From positions 1,577,916 through 1,641,915 of the forward strand of contig OZ260090.1 of NCBI GenBank assembly GCA_965284535.1: DNA of 64,000 nt, in the 5' to 3' direction. Both the position numbers and the translations under genes were made by a program. Origin of the DNA: Caulobacteraceae bacterium. GTDB lineage: Bacteria; Pseudomonadota; Alphaproteobacteria; Caulobacterales; Caulobacteraceae. Shown here piece after piece: positions 18,849 through 27,282 of this stretch; within the stretch, counting starts at the first letter, position 1, and each line of letters starts with the position of its first letter. The notes under the pieces are model-generated. The model ran no database searches and was not told the origin of the DNA. It worked only from the letters and a program-made list of their open reading frames with translations.

Positions 18849-20024
18849 ATGATGGAGATTGGCATGATCAACTGGCGACGGCCCTTTGCGGGCCGGCGGC
18901 GCATTTCTGCGCCTGAAACCAAGGACAGCCGGGCGGGCCCGCTGATCGCCCTGACCAGTGGCGGGCGGGCGCGGTGGACACCGAGGGACTATGCGCATCT
19001 GGCCGAGGAGGGGTTCGCGAAGAACGCCGTGGCCTATCGCTGTGTGCGGATGATCGCCGAGGCGGCGGCGTCGACGCCGCTGGTGGTTTTCGCCAAGGGG
19101 GTTCGACGGGACGATCATCCGCTGGCGGCGCTGCTGGGGCGGCCGAACCCGGAGCAGTCCGGGGCGGAGTGGCTGGAGGCGCTGTACGGCGCGCTGCAGA
19201 CGGCGGGGAACGCCTATGCGGAAGCGGTCGGGGAGGGCGCGCCCGAGGAACTTTGGACGCTGCGGCCGGACCGGGTGAAGGTGGTTCCCGGCCGCGACGG
19301 ATGGCCCGAGGCCTGGGAGTATTCCGTCGACGGACGATCGGTCCGGATCGGGCGGGCGACGGACGGATGGTCTCCGGTGATGCAGCTGAAACTGTTTCAT
19401 CCGACCGACGATCACTACGGCTTTTCGCCGCTGGAGGCGGCGGCGTTCGCGATTGATGTTCACAACGCCTCGGGAGCCTGGAACAAGGCGCTGCTGGACA
19501 ATGCGGCGCGGCCGTCGGGGGCGCTGGTCTATGGGGCCAAGGATGGCGAACGGCTGACGGCCGAACAGTTCGAAGGCCTGCGGGCGCAGGTCGAGGACAG
19601 TCACGCCGGGACGATGAACGCCGGGCGGCCGATGATCCTGGAAGGCGGGCTGGACTGGAAGCCGATGAGCTGGACGCCCGCCGACATGGACTTCATCGCG
19701 GGCAAGCATGCGGCGGCGCGGGAGATCGCCTTGGCCTTCGGGGTGCCGCCGCAGCTGCTGGGGATTCCGGGGGACGCCACCTACGCCAACTATCGCGAGG
19801 CCAATGCCGCCTTCTGGCGCGGGACGGTGGTGCCACTGGTGCGCAAGACCGCGGCGGCGCTGACGGGGTGGCTGGGCGGGCGGTTCGCCGGGGTCAGGAT
19901 CGAGGCGGACCTGGACGGGTTGCCCGCGTTGCAGCCCGAGCGCGATGCGCTTTGGGCGCGGCTGAACGCGGCGACCTTCCTGACCGATGATGAGCGACGG
20001 CGGATGGCGGGGGTGGGGGCGTGA
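18849..20024 (+). CDS. GTA portal protein (HK97 family)
   Basis: NAVAYRCVRMIAEAAAS, LRPDRVKVV, FHPTDDHYGFSP, NAARPSGAL, FGVPPQLLGIPGDATYANY. Confidence 0.95.
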   Translation: MMEIGMINWRRPFAGRRRISAPETKDSRAGPLIALTSGGRARWTPRDYAHLAEEGFAKNAVAYRCVRMIAEAAASTPLVVFAKGVRRDDHPLAALLGRPNPEQSGAEWLEALYGALQTAGNAYAEAVGEGAPEELWTLRPDRVKVVPGRDGWPEAWEYSVDGRSVRIGRATDGWSPVMQLKLFHPTDDHYGFSPLEAAAFAIDVHNASGAWNKALLDNAARPSGALVYGAKDGERLTAEQFEGLRAQVEDSHAGTMNAGRPMILEGGLDWKPMSWTPADMDFIAGKHAAAREIALAFGVPPQLLGIPGDATYANYREANAAFWRGTVVPLVRKTAAALTGWLGGRFAGVRIEADLDGLPALQPERDALWARLNAATFLTDDERRRMAGVGA

Positions 20025-20251
20025 TGGAGACGATGCGGAGAATCCCCGTCGCGGTCATCGTGGCACTGGCGGTGCAAACCGTCGGCGGGCTGGTGTGGGC
20101 CGGTGGGGCGGCGGCGCGGATCGCCACGCTGGAGGAACGGGTCGGCGAGCAGCGGCTGGTCGCCGAGCGGCTGGCCCGCCTGGAGGAACAAAGCCTGGCG
20201 ACGCGGGCGGCGGTGGAGCGGATGGAACGGCGGCTGGAGGGCGGAGAGTGA
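20021..20251 (+). CDS. Small GTA protein between portal and protease (g3.5 position)
   Basis: Hydrophobic N-terminus plus coiled coil ERLARLEEQ; overlapping start/stop on both sides. Confidence 0.7.
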   Translation: MMETMRRIPVAVIVALAVQTVGGLVWAGGAAARIATLEERVGEQRLVAERLARLEEQSLATRAAVERMERRLEGGE

Positions 20252-20724
20252 GGGGCGAGAGTCCCGGGGCGAGGGTCGAGGAAGGCGATAGCGGGGTTTC
20301 GACCCGCAACCCTCGACCCGCGACCCTCCGGATCCACGGCTACGCCTCGCTATGGGGTGTCGCGGACCTGAACGGGGATGTGGTGGCGAAGGGCGCGTTC
20401 GCGGCGAGTCTGGCGAGGACCGGGCCCGGGGGCGTGCGGATGCTGCATCAGCATGAGGGTCGGGCGGCGGTCGGGGTCTGGGACCGGATGGTCGAGGACG
20501 AGCGCGGACTGTTTGTCGAGGGCCGGGTCATGGACTGGTCAGCGGAGGCGCGGTTTGCCCAGGCGCTGTCGCGGGCGGGGGCGCTGGACGGGCTGTCGAT
20601 CGGCTTCCGCAGCAGCCGGGCGCGGCGCGAGGGCCGGCTGAGGGTGCTGGTCGAGGTCGAGCTTTGGGAGGTGTCGCTGGTGACGTTTCCGATGCTGCCG
20701 GGGGCCAGGTTCCGGGTGGCCTGA
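20248..20724 (+). CDS. GTA prohead protease (HK97 family)
   Basis: IHGYASLWGVADLNGDVVAKGAF, MLHQH, GLFVEG, DGLSIGF, LWEVSLVTFPM. Confidence 0.92.
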   Translation: MRGESPGARVEEGDSGVSTRNPRPATLRIHGYASLWGVADLNGDVVAKGAFAASLARTGPGGVRMLHQHEGRAAVGVWDRMVEDERGLFVEGRVMDWSAEARFAQALSRAGALDGLSIGFRSSRARREGRLRVLVEVELWEVSLVTFPMLPGARFRVA

Positions 20725-20740
20725 TGTTCGGCGGGGCTCG

Positions 20741-21298
20741 TCAGTCCACCGGAGGCAGGTAGTCCGCCGGCAGCGGTATGGCCGGGGTTTCGCCCTGCCA
20801 GTAGATGCTGAGGATCCACCAGCGGGTGCCGTCGTGAAACAGCTGGATGCTGTTGATACCGCGGGCGAAGGGCTCGGGGTCGGAGGCGGCACGGCGGCTG
20901 TCATAGGTCGAAAAGACATGGGCCATGTGGCCGAAACGTTCGAAGCGCCGTGCGATCTCGCGCTCGTGGAAGCCGCGCATCAGGAAGGGTTCGGCGCGAG
21001 CGATATATTCGTCGGGCGTGAGCGGCGTCAGGGTGGCCGGGTCACCGGGCCGACCTGCGACCGGCGTCAGGAGGGCGGCCGGATGGAACAGGCTGCGGAA
21101 GCGGTCCCAGTCGCGGGCCACGCCGGCGTCGCCGGATATGGACTCATAGAGCGCCGCGACAATGGCCTCGGGCGTGGCGACATCGGCGGGGGCGGCGACG
21201 AGGGCCGATGCCGCTGTCACCGGTGAGGGGACCGATTGGGCGAGGACCGGGGTCGCGAACGCGAGGATCGCGGCGGCGGCAAATACCAAAAAACGCAT
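20741..21298 (-). CDS. Secreted NTF2/SnoaL-like protein (cargo)
   Basis: Signal peptide; RDWDRFRSLFHP, FHEREIARRFERFGHMAHVFSTY, GINSIQL...RWWILSIYW. Confidence 0.75.
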   Translation of the reverse strand: MRFLVFAAAAILAFATPVLAQSVPSPVTAASALVAAPADVATPEAIVAALYESISGDAGVARDWDRFRSLFHPAALLTPVAGRPGDPATLTPLTPDEYIARAEPFLMRGFHEREIARRFERFGHMAHVFSTYDSRRAASDPEPFARGINSIQLFHDGTRWWILSIYWQGETPAIPLPADYLPPVD

Positions 21299-21477
21299 CG
21301 AGTTTCCTCTCCGTGTCGGCGGAGTATGACGGGCGGGGCGGGCAACCGCCAGTGCGTAGCGGTCGTGGATTTTGCGATCGCAAACCCGTGTCATGTGACC
21401 CTGTCCGGGTCGGCGGGTTTCGCGCAGGGGGCCGCATGGTATGATTCCCGGAAACCGAAATCTGGTGGAGTCGCTGA

Positions 21478-22356
21478 ATGAAGCGCTGTCTTCTGATCGT
21501 CCTGGGCCTGATGGCCGGGCTGGCCGGGCCGGTCGCGGCGCAGACCCCGGTCGGCGTAAATGCCGAGGTCGAGAACAGCGTCCGGACGCGCAGCCTCGGC
21601 GAGGGTGACTGGCGGGCTTCGGTTGTCGACGGGATCGTTCGCCAAGCCGACGCCATCGTCACGGGCGATCAGGCCCGGCTGCTGATCCGGTTGAGGGATC
21701 AGTCTGAGCTGACCGTCGGGGCCAATGCGTCGCTGAACGTCGACCGGTTCCTGATCGACGCGGAGCCCGATCCGGCCGGTGTGCTGTTCTCGCTGGTGCG
21801 CGGTGCCTTCCGATTTGTGTCTGGAAGTCGGGGGGCGGAACGCGACCGGGTCGCCTTCCGCACGCCCACGGCGACAGTCGGGATCCGCGGAACGATCATC
21901 GAGGCCGCGGTCGGGGCCGATGCGGTGGAACTGCTGCGCGGCGAGACCGTGGATGTCGAGCCGGGGGATGATCCGGAGCAGGCAGCAGTAATCGTGCTGG
22001 TCGAAGGCGAGATCGAGATCGAGGTCGACGGAGTGCGACGCATCGTGCGGGAACCCGGACAGGCGGTGGCCGTGACGGGGCGGCGGGTGTCGCAGCCCTT
22101 CCGCCTGTCGCCGGAGGCCGGACGGCGTCTGGCGGACCGGCTGCCTCCGCGAGAACTGGGCGGACCGGGAGCGGTCACACAGGGGCAGGGGCCGAATCCC
22201 CAGGGTCAGGCTCCGCAAGCTCAGCCGCCGCAAGGTCAGCCGCTTCAGGGGCAAACTCCCCAGGGTCAGGGCAACCAGGCCGGACCATCAGGGCGCGCGC
22301 CTGGCGGGCCGAGCGGGCGGCCGCCCGGGGGCGGGGGCGGCCGACAGCCGGGATAG
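21478..22356 (+). CDS. Secreted FecR-domain protein with Gln/Pro/Gly-rich tail (cargo)
   Basis: Signal peptide; DAIVTGDQARLLIRLRDQSELTVGANASL, GAFRFVSG, TPTATVGIRGT. Confidence 0.8.
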   Translation: MKRCLLIVLGLMAGLAGPVAAQTPVGVNAEVENSVRTRSLGEGDWRASVVDGIVRQADAIVTGDQARLLIRLRDQSELTVGANASLNVDRFLIDAEPDPAGVLFSLVRGAFRFVSGSRGAERDRVAFRTPTATVGIRGTIIEAAVGADAVELLRGETVDVEPGDDPEQAAVIVLVEGEIEIEVDGVRRIVREPGQAVAVTGRRVSQPFRLSPEAGRRLADRLPPRELGGPGAVTQGQGPNPQGQAPQAQPPQGQPLQGQTPQGQGNQAGPSGRAPGGPSGRPPGGGGGRQPG

Positions 22357-22364
22357 GCCAGCCG

Positions 22365-22910
22365 TCAGGTCCGGGCCGAACCCCGGCAGTCGATCCAGTT
22401 CAGGGCGGCGGTCATGCCGTTGAGCGAGAAATAGGCTTCGGCCGGTCCGTCGGTGGAGGGGTAGTTCCAGCGCGCGATGCGCTGGCGGCGCAGGCCCGAG
22501 ACGAGGGAGCGGGTCAGGATCGGGTCACTGACGCGGAACTCGTTCGAACCCGGTGAGGTCGGCACCATCCATGGACCGGGATCAACGGTCTGACCGGGCG
22601 TGGTGAAACTCATGGGGCCGGTGACAGGCATGGGGTCGGCCGCGGCGAGCTCGACGAGGTGGTCGGCGCCGGGGCTGGGGCGGGCGACACGCAGTTGTTG
22701 ACGCCAGGCGGCCTGACCCGTCGGATCGGGCAGGGCGACGACGGCGGAGCAATAGCCGTCCGGTCGGCAGGCGGCGAGGGTGTCGCCGAAATAGGCCCGG
22801 GTCTCGCCGAAACGCATGTGGGTTTCAGCCCCGCAGCGATCCGTGGCCTGGACGGCACCGGCGGACAGCAGGACGAAGGCGGTGGTCGCCGTGGCGAGCA
22901 GTCTGGACAT
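22365..22910 (-). CDS. Secreted hypothetical protein (cargo)
   Basis: Signal peptide AVQA-TD; FGDTLAACRPDGYCSA; FSLNGMTAALNWID. Confidence 0.65.
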   Translation of the reverse strand: MSRLLATATTAFVLLSAGAVQATDRCGAETHMRFGETRAYFGDTLAACRPDGYCSAVVALPDPTGQAAWRQQLRVARPSPGADHLVELAAADPMPVTGPMSFTTPGQTVDPGPWMVPTSPGSNEFRVSDPILTRSLVSGLRRQRIARWNYPSTDGPAEAYFSLNGMTAALNWIDCRGSART

Positions 22911-22990
22911 CGGCGCAATCCCAAGCTTGACCATGGTTAACGCTGATCACGCCGTTCGGTGAGTGTCAATCATGCGCAACTTCAAGGACA

Positions 22991-23797
22991 TCATCGCTGA
23001 GGCGGGCGATACTCGTACCTGCCCAGCCCGCGGGTCGCCCGTGTGAGGGCGGCGAGGATCTTCGGCTTGTGCAGCATCCGTCCAAGGAAGATGGCGAGGA
23101 AGACGGCGAAGAACAGCGAGAAGCGGAAGATCACCACGGCGAGGAATGAGACGACGGCGATGATGACCCAGAGGCCGATGATGACGGATGTCTGGTCTTC
23201 CTGGTCTGGCTCGCCCTCGACTTCTGTCTGTTCGGAGACGGGAGTGACCTTGCCGAACAGGACGTCGACCAGGGTCTGGGCCCCGGGGTCCTGGACCTTC
23301 TGAAGGGGGCCGACATTGGCCAGGCGCGGTTCGACCGGAAGGTCCGGCTCGTGATCGGTGTGCCGGTGGAGGTCCAGCAGGGGGCTGGGCTGCATCAGGG
23401 CGGCGGGGTCGAAGGCGATGGAGTCGCCGTGTTTGTCGATGGTGAAGACCTGATCGTAGGGGACCCGGGCGAAGTCGATGGCGCGGGTGTCCTGACCATA
23501 GGCGTCGCCGTGCAGGAACAGCAGCCGGCCCTGTCGAAGTTCGGCCTGGAAGGCGACCGGGTCCGGCAGATCACCGACCATGGCGTGGACCGTGCCGAAG
23601 CGGCCGGTCGGGCTGGTCAGGGGCGGCGGGCGGTCGCGGTCGACGATCAGTTCGGTCAACAGGCCGGAGCCGGTATTGCGGCGGGAGCCGGGCAGGGACT
23701 CCGCGAACTGGCCCGCGAGGTCCGGCGCGATGTCGCGCAGGTCCCAGGCGAGGGCGTCGAGGACGTCGGATTCGAGGGGGGTGAAGCGGGTGCTCAC
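22991..23797 (-). CDS. Hypothetical membrane protein (cargo)
   Basis: 268-aa ORF with host-like codon use and two C-terminal TM helices. Confidence 0.7.
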   Translation of the reverse strand: MSTRFTPLESDVLDALAWDLRDIAPDLAGQFAESLPGSRRNTGSGLLTELIVDRDRPPPLTSPTGRFGTVHAMVGDLPDPVAFQAELRQGRLLFLHGDAYGQDTRAIDFARVPYDQVFTIDKHGDSIAFDPAALMQPSPLLDLHRHTDHEPDLPVEPRLANVGPLQKVQDPGAQTLVDVLFGKVTPVSEQTEVEGEPDQEDQTSVIIGLWVIIAVVSFLAVVIFRFSLFFAVFLAIFLGRMLHKPKILAALTRATRGLGRYEYRPPQR

Positions 23798-23883
23798 CCC
23801 TTGGCTCGCGGCGATAATTTTTCAAGGAGGCGGTTCACGCCTCGACCCTAACCGCGATCCGCGGTTCTTCAACCGGAGATACC

Positions 23884-25119
23884 ATGAAAGAGACCAAAAC
23901 CGTCTCGGGCACGCCCGAGGCGCGCGCCGCCATGCATGAAATGATGGCGGCGTTCGAGGCGTTCAAAGGGGCCAATGACGCCCGGCTGGACGAGATCGAG
24001 CGCAAGAGCTCGGTGGACGCGTTGCTGGAGGAGAAGGTGGCGCGGATCGATCAGGCGGTCGGGGCGGCGCAGGCGCGGCTGGACCGGGTGGTGAGCGAGG
24101 GCAGGCGGCCGGAACTGGCCCCCTCCGGCGGCTTCGCCGCCACCTCCCCCATGAAGGGGGAGGAGAAGTCGGCGTTCGACGGCTATCTGAAGACCGGCGC
24201 TTCGTTCGGGTTGGAGCTGAAGGCGGGGCTTTCGACGGCGTCGAACTCGGCCGGCTATGTGGTGCCGGAACAGACCGAGCGGGCCATCGAGAGACGCTTG
24301 ATGGCGGGGTCGCCGATGCGCGAGATCGCCACGGTGCGGACGGTCGGCGCGGGGGTGTTCAGAAAGCCGGTGTCGACGGCGGGCGTGGCCTCGGGCTGGG
24401 TGGCCGAGACGGCGGCGCGGCCGGAGACGGATCCGGCGACCCTGGCCTTGCTGGAGTTTCCGTCGGCCGATCTCTACGCCAATCCGGCGGCGACCCAGTC
24501 GCTGCTGGACGACGCCCTGATCGATCTGGACGAATGGCTGGCGGCCGAGGTCGAGGACGCCTTCGCGGCGCAGGAGACCCAGGCCTTCGTCACCGGCGAC
24601 GGGGTCAACAAGCCGAAGGGCTTCCTGGACTATGACATCGTCGCCGAGGCGGACCATGCGTGGGGCGAGATCGGCTATGTCGCCTCGGGCGCGGCAGGTG
24701 CGTTCGCCTCTACCAGCCCGACCGATCGGCTGATCGACCTGGTCTATGCGCCCAAGGCCCAGTACCGGCCGAACGGGCGGTTCGTGATGAACCGCAAGAC
24801 GGTCTCGGCGGTGCGGAAGTTCAAGGACGCCGACGGCAACTACATCTGGCAGCCGGCGCAGCGGGCGGGCGAGACGGCCAGCCTGCTGGGCTATCGCGTG
24901 ACCGAGATCGAGACCATGCCGGACATCGCCGCCGACAGCGCGGCCATCGCCTTCGGCGACTTCCAGCGCGGCTATCTGATCGTGGATCGCGCGGGGGTGC
25001 GGGTGTTGAGGGACCCGTATTCGGCCAAGCCCTATGTGCTGTTCTACACGACCAAGCGCGTGGGCGGCGGGGTGCAGAACTTTGATGCGATCAAGGTGAT
25101 GAAGTTCAGCGCGACGTAG
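23884..25119 (+). CDS. GTA major capsid protein (HK97 fold)
   Basis: AGYVVPEQTER, SPMREIATV, WVAETAARPET, DGVNKPKGFL, RDPYSAKPYVLFYTTKRVGG. Confidence 0.97.
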   Translation: MKETKTVSGTPEARAAMHEMMAAFEAFKGANDARLDEIERKSSVDALLEEKVARIDQAVGAAQARLDRVVSEGRRPELAPSGGFAATSPMKGEEKSAFDGYLKTGASFGLELKAGLSTASNSAGYVVPEQTERAIERRLMAGSPMREIATVRTVGAGVFRKPVSTAGVASGWVAETAARPETDPATLALLEFPSADLYANPAATQSLLDDALIDLDEWLAAEVEDAFAAQETQAFVTGDGVNKPKGFLDYDIVAEADHAWGEIGYVASGAAGAFASTSPTDRLIDLVYAPKAQYRPNGRFVMNRKTVSAVRKFKDADGNYIWQPAQRAGETASLLGYRVTEIETMPDIAADSAAIAFGDFQRGYLIVDRAGVRVLRDPYSAKPYVLFYTTKRVGGGVQNFDAIKVMKFSAT

Positions 25120-25122
25120 TCG

Positions 25123-25250
25123 CGCAGTGGCGAGTGGTTAGTGGCGAGTGGCGGGTAATGCCGCTCGCCGCTGACTTCGATGTGAAACGGCGACGGACGA
25201 AGACTGGCCCGGCGATCACTCGCCGCTCGCCACTCGTCACCCGCCACTAC
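25123..25250. repeat. Heptamer-based palindromic repeat (family B) after the capsid gene
   Basis: agtggcgagtggttagtggcgagtggcggg ... cactcgccgctcgccactcgtcacccgccactac. Confidence 0.75.
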
Positions 25251-25269
25251 CGAGCATAGCGAGGTTCCC

Positions 25270-25536
25270 ATGACCGCACCCGTCTCACTGGCGGAAGCGA
25301 AACTGTTCCTGCGCGTCGAGCATGACGTCGAGGACGGGCTGATCCAGACGTTGATCGATGCGGCCCGGGCGCGGGTCGAGGGGGAGGTGGGGCTGAGCCT
25401 GGCCTCGACCTCACCGGCCCCGTTGCGGCTGGCGATCCTGATGCTGGCCTTGCGGGCCTATGAGCGCGGCGATCCGGAGATGCCCGTGGTGCCGGTCGAG
25501 GCCTGGATCGCGCCCTATCGCGTGGTGCGGCTGTGA
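25270..25536 (+). CDS. GTA head-tail connector/adaptor (gp6-like), short form
   Basis: VSLAEAKLFLRVEHDVEDGLIQTLIDAAR...APLRLAILMLALRAYERG...IAPYRVVRL. Confidence 0.88.
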   Translation: MTAPVSLAEAKLFLRVEHDVEDGLIQTLIDAARARVEGEVGLSLASTSPAPLRLAILMLALRAYERGDPEMPVVPVEAWIAPYRVVRL

Positions 25537-25835
25537 GCGGGATGAAGGCGCTCGCGGCGCTGTTCGAGGGAATCGAGACCGAGACACCCTACGGTGGTCG
25601 GGCGGTCAGCTGGGAGCCGCTGGGTTCGGCCTGGCTGAAGCTGGGCGCGCGGCGACGACGCGAGAGGCGGGAACCGGGCGGCGTGCGGTCGGTCGAGACG
25701 GTGACGGCGGAGACGCGATCGGACGTGCGGCTGACGGTTGGTCGAGTGCTGCGCTTTGGCGGCGGCGACTGGCGGATCGTTTCGGGCGAGACGGTCGGCG
25801 GGCGGGCCATCCTGAACCTGGAGCGGAGCCGATGA
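25533..25835 (+). CDS. GTA head closure/stopper protein
   Basis: Position, ETPYGGRAVSWEPLGSAW motif, overlapping start/stop. Confidence 0.75.
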   Translation: MSGMKALAALFEGIETETPYGGRAVSWEPLGSAWLKLGARRRRERREPGGVRSVETVTAETRSDVRLTVGRVLRFGGGDWRIVSGETVGGRAILNLERSR

Positions 25836-26239
25836 GCGCGCATGAGCTGGCCTTGCAGAAGGCGCTGATCGCGCATCTGAGGGCGGATGTGGCGTTGCAG
25901 GCGCTGCTGGGCGATCCGGCGCGGGTGTGGGATGCGGCACCGCCGGATCCGGTGTTTCCGCATCTGCTGACCGGTCGCTGCGAGAGCCGGTCGGTGGGTG
26001 CCGATGGAGGCGGGATTGAGCAGGCGCTGACCCTGACCGTCGTGTCGCGCTTTCGCGGAACCGAGGAGGCCAGGGCGGTGCTGGCGGCGGTTCGGTTGAG
26101 CCTGAATGACGCCGAGCTGGAGGCTGACGGGGTGCGGGCGGTGAGCCTGAGGGTCTCGTTCGCGGACGTGTTTCCGAGCGCCGACGGGGCGCGGACGTTT
26201 GCGGTGCTGCGGGTGCGCGCCGTGACGGAAGAGGGGTGA
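25832..26239 (+). CDS. GTA tail terminator (DUF3168)
   Basis: ELALQKALIAHLRAD...RVWDAAP...EARAVLAAVRLSL...VLRVRAVTE; ATGA overlap. Confidence 0.88.
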   Translation: MSAHELALQKALIAHLRADVALQALLGDPARVWDAAPPDPVFPHLLTGRCESRSVGADGGGIEQALTLTVVSRFRGTEEARAVLAAVRLSLNDAELEADGVRAVSLRVSFADVFPSADGARTFAVLRVRAVTEEG

Positions 26240-26302
26240 TTGGTGGTTGGTAGTTGGTCGGGGCGTGTTCGGCGATCACCATCCACCAATCACCAGCCAC
26301 CC
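26235..26302. repeat. Heptamer-based palindromic repeat (family B) before the major tail gene
   Basis: ggtgattggtggttggtagttgg ... ccatccaccaatcaccagccacc. Confidence 0.7.
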
Positions 26303-26333
26303 ATTTCCGACAAAACAGACAGAGGACAGGGTC

Positions 26334-26744
26334 ATGGCAGCACAACGGGGCAAGGACATACTGCTGAAGATCGAGGGCGCGCCGGGCGTGTTCACGACGG
26401 TCGCGGGTCTCAGGGCGCGGACAATTTCGCTGAACGCCCGGACAGTCGATGCGACCGATGGCGACAGCGTCGGGCGGTGGCGCGAGCTGCTGGGCGGGGC
26501 GGGGGTGAAGTCCGCGGCGGTGGCCGGGCAGGGGATATTCCGCGACGCGGCATCCGACGCACTGATCCGTGAGGCCTTCTTCGATCAGGCGGCGCGGGTG
26601 TGGCGGTTGATCGTGCCGGACTTCGGGACACTGGAGGGGCCGTTCCTGGTCAGCGCGTTGGAGTATGCCGGCGAGCATGAGGGCGAGGCGACGTTCGCGA
26701 TCAGCCTGGCGAGCGCGGGTGAAATCTCGTTCGAGGCACTGTGA
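26334..26744 (+). CDS. GTA major tail (tube) protein, TP901-1 family
   Basis: MAAQRGKDILLKI, VAGLRARTISLNARTVDAT, WRELLGGAGVKSAAVAGQGIF, IVPDFGTLEGPF. Confidence 0.95.
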   Translation: MAAQRGKDILLKIEGAPGVFTTVAGLRARTISLNARTVDATDGDSVGRWRELLGGAGVKSAAVAGQGIFRDAASDALIREAFFDQAARVWRLIVPDFGTLEGPFLVSALEYAGEHEGEATFAISLASAGEISFEAL

Positions 26745-27040
26745 TGGCGCCCAATGGCGCGCGGGGCGAGGTGGTCGCCATGCTGGCGGGAGCCGAGCGG
26801 CGGCTGTGCCTGACGCTCGGAGCACTGGCGGAGATCGAGACGGGGCTGGGGCTGGAGGGATTGGCCGGGCTGGCGGAGCGGATGCGGGCGTTGTCGGCGC
26901 GGGATCTGACGGTGGTGCTGGCGGCCCTTCTTCGGGGCGGGGGCGAGCGGGGGCTGGCGGCTGAGCTGGCCACGGCGGCTGTCGATCCGCGCGAGGCGGC
27001 GGAGGCAATGGCCAGGGCGTTTGCGGCGGCGGCGGGGTGA
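26741..27040 (+). CDS. GTA-gp10 tail assembly chaperone
   Basis: NGARGEV, LCLTLGALAEIE. Confidence 0.88.
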   Translation: MMAPNGARGEVVAMLAGAERRLCLTLGALAEIETGLGLEGLAGLAERMRALSARDLTVVLAALLRGGGERGLAAELATAAVDPREAAEAMARAFAAAAG

Positions 27041-27282
27041 GGGTGGAGATGGGGGATGCGCCCCTCCACCACACTTCGTGCGGTCCTCCTCCCCATTCCA
27101 TGGGGAGGAGACTGGTTTGGGGCGAGATGCTGCGGACGGCGGCGAGGCTGGGCGTGGGGCCGGAGGGGTTCTGGCGGCTGTCGTTGCGGGAGTGGCGGAT
27201 GCTGACGGAACGGCCGGACGGTGTGGCACCGTTGCGGCGATCTGAGTTTGAGCGGATGGCGGAGGCGTGGCCGGATGACTGA
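27037..27282 (+). CDS. GTA tail assembly chaperone 2 (g10.1) with a repeat in its 5' part
   Basis: WGEMLRTAARLGVGPEGFWRLSLREWRML...MAEAWPD. Confidence 0.8.
   Translation: MRVEMGDAPLHHTSCGPPPHSMGRRLVWGEMLRTAARLGVGPEGFWRLSLREWRMLTERPDGVAPLRRSEFERMAEAWPDD

Noticed and set aside
26965-27040. Programmed -1 frameshift joining the two tail chaperones (lambda G/GT type)
   Set aside because: The -1 frame is open from 26965 but no XXXYYYZ slippery site is visible, and a GTGA start-stop overlap explains the coupling
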